Source of the DNA: Orbicella franksi
Taxonomy: Eukaryota
Assembly: GCA_964199315.1 (NCBI GenBank)
Contig: OZ116709.1
Coordinates: 2,666,001-2,730,000 of the forward strand
Length of the DNA: 64,000 nt
Reading direction: 5' to 3'
Part shown: positions 58,215 through 64,000 of the stretch, piece by piece
Position numbering within the stretch: the first letter of the stretch is position 1
Layout of the letters: the number at the start of each line of letters is the position of its first letter
The notes under the pieces: model-generated
The model's input: the letters and a program-made list of their open reading frames with translations, nothing else
Database searches by the model: none
Told to the model about the DNA's origin: nothing
Made by a program: the position numbers and the translations under genes

Positions 58215-59058
58215 CCTAAGGAAAAATGTGGATTCTAGTTTACTGATGTTTAATAAAACGATTCGTTTCATACGTGGGATAAACTGTTTCCATAAAAGCA
58301 AAATTATTTATAAATAGCCTTTCCTGATCACGCTTAAATACAAGCATTATATGTACACGACAAGTTTTAATTTAAAAGACGATTTTAGAAAACCTTTGTT
58401 GCTTGTAAAATATAAAACTGTTTTTGTAAGTATTAAAGTAGGTAAACCATTCATAGTTTCTTTTTGTTGTGGTACGGTGATTTAATTTCTAGTTTGTAAC
58501 CTAGTAAAGGCAAAAGTTCATTCTCGTCTTGACAATTGATTGATTCTCGTCGGTGCCGGCCGGGCTTGGACACAAGGAAAGAGAGCGGTAAAACAACTTA
58601 TGATCGCTAATATTATTCCCGTTCTCACACCGCATTATCCGCGTAGAATTTCAGCTGTTTACCAGCGTTCATAGACGCTCTTAAAATGTCTCCGTGAGAG
58701 TTGTGTAAACATTCAAGTTCGTACTGGTTTATTTCAGTGGAAGTGAACGTAATTTGAATAAAAACGCAACTTGGCAATCTGTTAGTGTGGGTGCCATGTT
58801 TACATCTGCTGTCTTCCCTCAAGAATAAACGACAAGGGAGGGGAAGATATACACAGACTATGTAACAGGGTCCCCATTTCCAAGAAAACATAAAATCAAT
58901 CTAATTTAACTTTGGCATCTGACCTAACCTCTTGAGGAAAGGGCTCAAAACTTTGAAACACACGTAAGTTACCGAGGAAAAGACTTCTTTTTTCGGGAAA
59001 GCTGACACAGAATAATCTCACAGGTAACTCAGAGTAACATCAGTCAATTCCAACATAG

Positions 59059-59253
59059 CCAGGCGTAGTCGATCGATAAAAACTAATATCGGAAATCAAT
59101 CGATTCAATCGATATCAATTGCTGATTGCTATCGATTGACAACTTTTTGACTCACAACTTTTTCTTTTTATCGATTTTCATCAATTGCTATCGACAATCG
59201 ATATCAATCTTCGATTAATATCGATTGTCGGTTTATCGATTGACTACGCCTGG
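59059..59253. mobile_element. MITE with 22-bp TIRs and an ATCGAT-rich interior
   Basis: CCAGGCGTAGTCGATCGATAAA versus TTTATCGATTGACTACGCCTGG (one mismatch). Confidence 0.75.
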
Positions 59254-59448
59254 AACACACATGCAAGGCAGGTTGGGAACAAGTTCCAAAACATACTCAT
59301 TTCACCGACCCCATGAAACTATAGTATTACAAATAGATCAATACTCTGATAAAGCAGCTCCACAACTTGAAAGAGCTGCCTCAGTTTCTCAAGACAAGCC
59401 GAGCACAAAACACAGCCTGAGAGAGTATATTGTAATTTCGTTACATCT

Positions 59449-59731
59449 TCAAGAATATACGAACACGGTTTTAGTGCAATGGCACCTCGGTTTAACCTGC
59501 TTAGTCCGAACATTCACTTTGTTCATGATTTCCGACGGATTTTCGCAAGCTAATATCCGAATTAGTTTACTACGATTGCACCGCATCTTAAAATCTGTTA
59601 AAGCCGGCATTTTCAGGTTATAGGAATTGAAATACCGGCATCGTGGTGATACAAATTGTTCGTAACAGCCGTCAGCAGAAATATTGTAAGCACAATTCGT
59701 GATACACTGTGCTGACCCATTAATCGATAGC
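59449..59731 (-). CDS. Candidate Cys-rich exon of a small secreted protein or a pseudogene
   Basis: CTACAG acceptor, then 93 aa with 8 Cys (CITNC...CHC near the end) and three sequons (NGS, NIS, NRS). A phase-compatible donor lies at 59795, but the upstream exon has an in-frame TGA and no start was found. Confidence 0.3.
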
Positions 59732-60642
59732 CTGTAGATGTTCGATGAGTAGAATTGATGATGCATATGGAAAATCAAACTACTGTCTCCTTAACCTTGT
59801 AAGAGAAGCAAGGTTCTGTTTCTTGGACGAGGAAGACTCATTAGATCACCAAGATCGTATATCCTTCACTGTCTCGGATTCATCAGTGACGTCATGCATT
59901 TCTTTCATTATTAACATCTGGGCGTAAAGTCATAAGTCGAACAAGAAGAGAGAAAAAGTGGAACGAGAAAGGGCCCTGGAAAAAGGTAACTTGAATTGTT
60001 TTGGTTAACTACTTTTGTTTTTGTTTTAGTTGTTACACCTTATTGTGGAAATTAGAATCGTTATCACCTCGCCAAAGTAAATCAAGCAAACCAAAATGTG
60101 TTAGCTGTAACCTGCCGTTTTACTGGGCGTGAAGAGTGATCGAAGAAAGATTGTCGAGGCCTTGTTTGCCTGCATTTGTGCTTGGATTCTCTGGGCATAT
60201 AATGCAGGAAAACCATGTTTTGGTAATTTTTGTTATGTCTGGTCTGTCGGAGAAAAGAAGAAAAACATAAATGTTTAGTCTGAGATTAATCGCGTTTAAT
60301 TTCTCACCGGTGTGTGTTCTTCAACGCCAAAGTTTAACGAAATCCGTTTCTGTTTGGGACTGAAACCCATTAGGCGTATATGTCATGATTATACTGACTT
60401 TGGTTGCGAATTAGTTGTGAAATACCTGGAGAACGTTCTTACCTGATTCAGGTGATAGAAGACAAATTTTTACCTGCTCTTAATTTCCAGCCACCCGTTG
60501 TGTAAATTGTGTTCAGGTTTCTTCTTGTGGTGAGTTAAAAACATAACGACCCACACTTTGGCGCCCCTCTTAAGTTGTTACCATTGGAAGTGTTTTTCTC
60601 CTGTTCTTAACATAGTGTTCTTGTTCATGTATAAGGGCAGCG

Positions 60643-63600
60643 ATGGCAACAAGCCGTTTTATTTACCGTGTATTTGCTGTTTTTGCTGTTCTGGATGTAG
60701 TGACGCTCGCGTATGTACAAGGTAGGCAAGCTGTATTTAGGACTCAAATTCCTCAACACGCCAAAAGTGGCGTGCTACATAGATACAAGCCTTTTTTACT
60801 TCATGTCAAACATTGTCGGCTAATTTACCCTCCAACATTCGATGCTAATGTTTGTTTTAGGCAGCCTGCCGTTAACTTGGCCAGAGACCAGAAATCTCGA
60901 GCTTCACTGATCTTGGTGATGATGACACTTACATACAGTGCAACCACTGTGATACGGTTAACGCCATTTTGTGGCAACTTATGTTGCCATAAAACAAAAG
61001 CTCAGTCGATGTTATTTTTCTCCATTAATACCGTCAACGCATTATATAATTATAGCGCCTAAATTTTGGTGGCCCCTTGATTTTTTCAGTTTTTATTAAT
61101 TTATTTATTGGTTGTCAGATTAACCGGTTTCCACTGTACATACAAAATCAACAATGCTTACAATCACTGGAAGGTTTTTTTCGCTGTAAACCACTTACAA
61201 ACTCGCAGTAGTATTTATATGGATGTCGTGTCTTAACCGTCTCACTCATTCTCATAAGCTAATCAGATTAGCAACTCATCAGGTGGCGTACATTAAACAT
61301 CTTCTACAAGATATCTATTGCTAGACAGTGATGCAGTGTGTTGGTGTTATTCTGTGTTATTTAAAATACTGCCCTGGATATGATGTAGTTGATGGAGCAA
61401 GGTTACAGTGCAATGGTGTGGAACACGATCTAAAAAACTAGGTCCGCAATGCCCACAAATTGTAAAGGGCGAGCTAGACGCCTGAGTGATACATTAGCCT
61501 TGTAGAGACAAAAGCGCATAAAATTATCTATTTCAATTTGGGATTTTAGGTGGAGTTCACAGTCAGGAAGCGGGAGCTGGTTTGAGTCAGATTGATCTAG
61601 AAGCCTGTGAGTAGCGAGTTACTCTTAACAACCTTCTGCTTCTCACTCTTTCATTTATTTATTTTCCATTCGTAACGGAATCTTTTATTTTTAGCAAAAG
61701 AGATCACCGTATGCACGACACAGAGGAAACCACTGAGCTGCTCCTACCCGGGCTCAAACATCGCGGTGACTGGTGTATTCTGGGGTCGCAAGTCTGGTGC
61801 AATTTGTCCTTCAGATGATGGTGATACACAACTCGACTGTTTCACTGCGCCGGAATCAGAAGGCATTGTGAAAGGAAAGTGCGAAGGAAAGGAATCCTGT
61901 GAACTTGAAGCTAGACATGCCTTATTGCAAAATCCAGGAACTCAGCATTGTCCAGGAGTAAACAAATACCTGACTGTTAATTACACGTGTGTGCCCGATG
62001 CTAAAGAAGTCGTGATCTGCGATTCCGAGAACTCCAGTTTGACCTGCCCAGCCTCCTGGAAGATTGGTGTGAACTCTGTATTCTTTGGACGGCAGTCAAC
62101 TACCGTTTGTCCAGCGGAAAATGGACAGACCATGTGCACTGGAGCACCAGAGAGTCTTGGGATTGTTAAGAAGTCATGTGACGGGCTCACAAAGTGTGAC
62201 GTGCATGCGTCTTACGACCAAGTGCAGAATGGCGCGGAAAACTGTCCCGGGGTTCAGAAGTATTTGATTATTAACTACAGCTGCAAACCGCATCCAAATA
62301 TAGGTAAGATGGTGAAGAAATAGAGAAAAGCATTATAAAGCACCAACTGACATAAGAATAAATCTTGTGAAATTGACCTTTTTCAAGGACTGACTGCTCT
62401 CTTTCACTTACATAAAGAACACCGATAATAAGACTTTCCACTAACAGCGAACGGCCTCTACAGTCCCAATCGGTCGCAGTCTTGTTTTGTTCTTTCACAT
62501 AACAAATCTTAGTAAGTATTTATGTTGATCATGCACTTACAAAGGAAACAAATATTTCTCATTGTAACTTTCTACCTGAGGTATATTAAATGGAACTTCG
62601 AAGAATCTTGTTGGAGTTAAGCTTTATGGAGATAGGGAAGAAAGAATCGGGGAGGGGAGGGAGGGGTGGAGAGTCGGAGGACAGAAAGAAGGAAGAGTAC
62701 AATGAGGGGCCGTGGCTGACCGGATCCCATTGAGTTGTGAACGTCTGTCCTCTTAAAATCTCTTCATTCTGCTGAAAAGATAACTGCGATAACCACGACT
62801 GTGGACTTTCTGTTTAGGTTGTGAAGGTACTCTAAGCATTACGTTGTTTTTTTTCCATTCCTTAGGAACCGAGGACGATGCCATTCAGAACGACCAAGAA
62901 CCAGCCCCCGTGAAGGCTCCTGCTCCCAACAAACCTAACCCAGGCCTTGCACCAAACGTTGTGAGTGATTTAAAGCAGTTGGACGGCGGACAACAGATTG
63001 AGAAGGTACCGGCCGAGGAGGGAAACAGTATTGTTGGAGAAAACTTGAACATTGGACGGCTAGGCATGGGAGGCTTGAAGGCCTTGGAGAAAATCAATAA
63101 CCTTATCAAGGCTTCCGCCGAGACTCAAGATGGCGACGATCCTGGACCAGATAATAGTTTGACGGACGAGCAAGCACAGGCAATTGAGCGAATGATTATT
63201 GAAGGAATCCATCACATTAAGAAAAAACCTTCACCTCCGGCTGGTACACAGAGGGCCTCAATTCCACGTCAGAAGAACGATCAGAAACCTTTTCCCAAGT
63301 TACCTCAACCAGAGAAACGAAAGGGACTCCCGATTCCGTTCCCGCCAAAACTTGGAGCTCAAAGAAAGGATCCCAGAGCGGTCCCAACACCAGTTCAAGT
63401 GGGAGTTCCCAGGCTTCAGAAGGAAGGACCGAACGGGAAAGGGGGAACGTCAAGCAATCAGAATGAGGAAAAGAAAACGGTAAATGAGAGTAAAGGATCT
63501 TCATTGAACGGACCAGGCCAAGGTCCTGCCAAGATGAGGCCCATTCCTGTTCTTAAAAGTCAGCCTGCAGACGCAAGAAAGAAATCACAGCCTGGAAAAC

Positions 63601-63647
63601 TTCGTGGTTTAGGTCTGGGGAATGCTGGTGCTGGAAATTCGCCTTAG
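60643..63647 (+). CDS. Secreted tandem SUEL/Gal_Lectin protein B with a 260-aa Pro/Lys/Gly-rich tail, 4 exons, 508 aa
   Basis: Exons 60643-60721 (MATSRFIYRVFAVFAVLDVVTLAYVQ), 61550-61606, 61695-62303, 62866-63647; 1527 nt in frame. Same exon layout and Cys spacing as paralog A. Confidence 0.85.
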
Positions 63648-64000
63648 CATGGGAAAACGTATGACAAGAAAAGACTTGAAATGCGAACATTGGAAACCAG
63701 ACGAATTCTTGTACATTACTAGCGTTATTCGAACTGCTCAAAAAACTGTTTTTATGAAACATCTGCGCGCTCTTTCGCATTAAGCTTAGATTCCTCAAGG
63801 AATTCTTTTGACTTACCTAAAAATTCCCCGTACGAATCTTACCAGACTTTATATCGGTAGTGAAAGAAATCGATGTCTGGTTGCCATCGTTAATTTAAAA
63901 AAAAAACACTAAAGATCAGATTCTGATCTAAAATAGTACTTCAGACTCTCAGTCTGTAAAATGTTTCAATATGTACCGCAATTTTCGTCAAACCAGCTGT

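Noticed and set aside
60643-61062. 139-aa ORF as a complete protein
   Set aside because: It is the signal-peptide exon of lectin B reading through the donor at 60722 into the intron.

Overview
This is eukaryotic, intron-rich DNA, most likely from an anthozoan cnidarian (stony coral or anemone). That assignment is an inference from the repeat families and domain styles. The window contains, in order: (1) the probable last exon of a single-pass membrane protein gene at about 906-1281; (2) a complete 9-exon SLC22-type organic cation transporter at 2467-8557 (552 aa); (3) a 42.6-kb gene at 11957-54574; (4) two tandem secreted SUEL/Gal_Lectin (rhamnose-binding-lectin-type) paralogs at 56435-58214 and 60643-63647. 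I spliced the 42.6-kb gene by hand into 60 coding exons that stay in frame (18,474 nt, about 6,157 aa); 56 of its 59 introns are phase 1. Its product is a secreted block-copolymer-like protein: signal peptide; Asp/Glu-rich region with dibasic sites; vWA; about 1,170 aa of (Gly-Gly-Pro)n blocks with K/T/P linkers; vWA; nine basic LamG-like domains; two vWA; seven Arg-rich two-Cys modules (degenerate WSC-like) with Pro-Arg linkers; a 343-aa Arg-rich helix; dibasic sites; and a terminal LamG/pentraxin-like domain. The extreme acid-to-base polarity suggests a self-assembling adhesive or elastic extracellular material, and this is the main candidate for an undescribed system. Introns carry SINEs, MITEs, palindromic elements, and a tRNA-Lys(CTT) plus a duplicated 3' half flanking one exon. 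All gene models are manual and lack transcript support.
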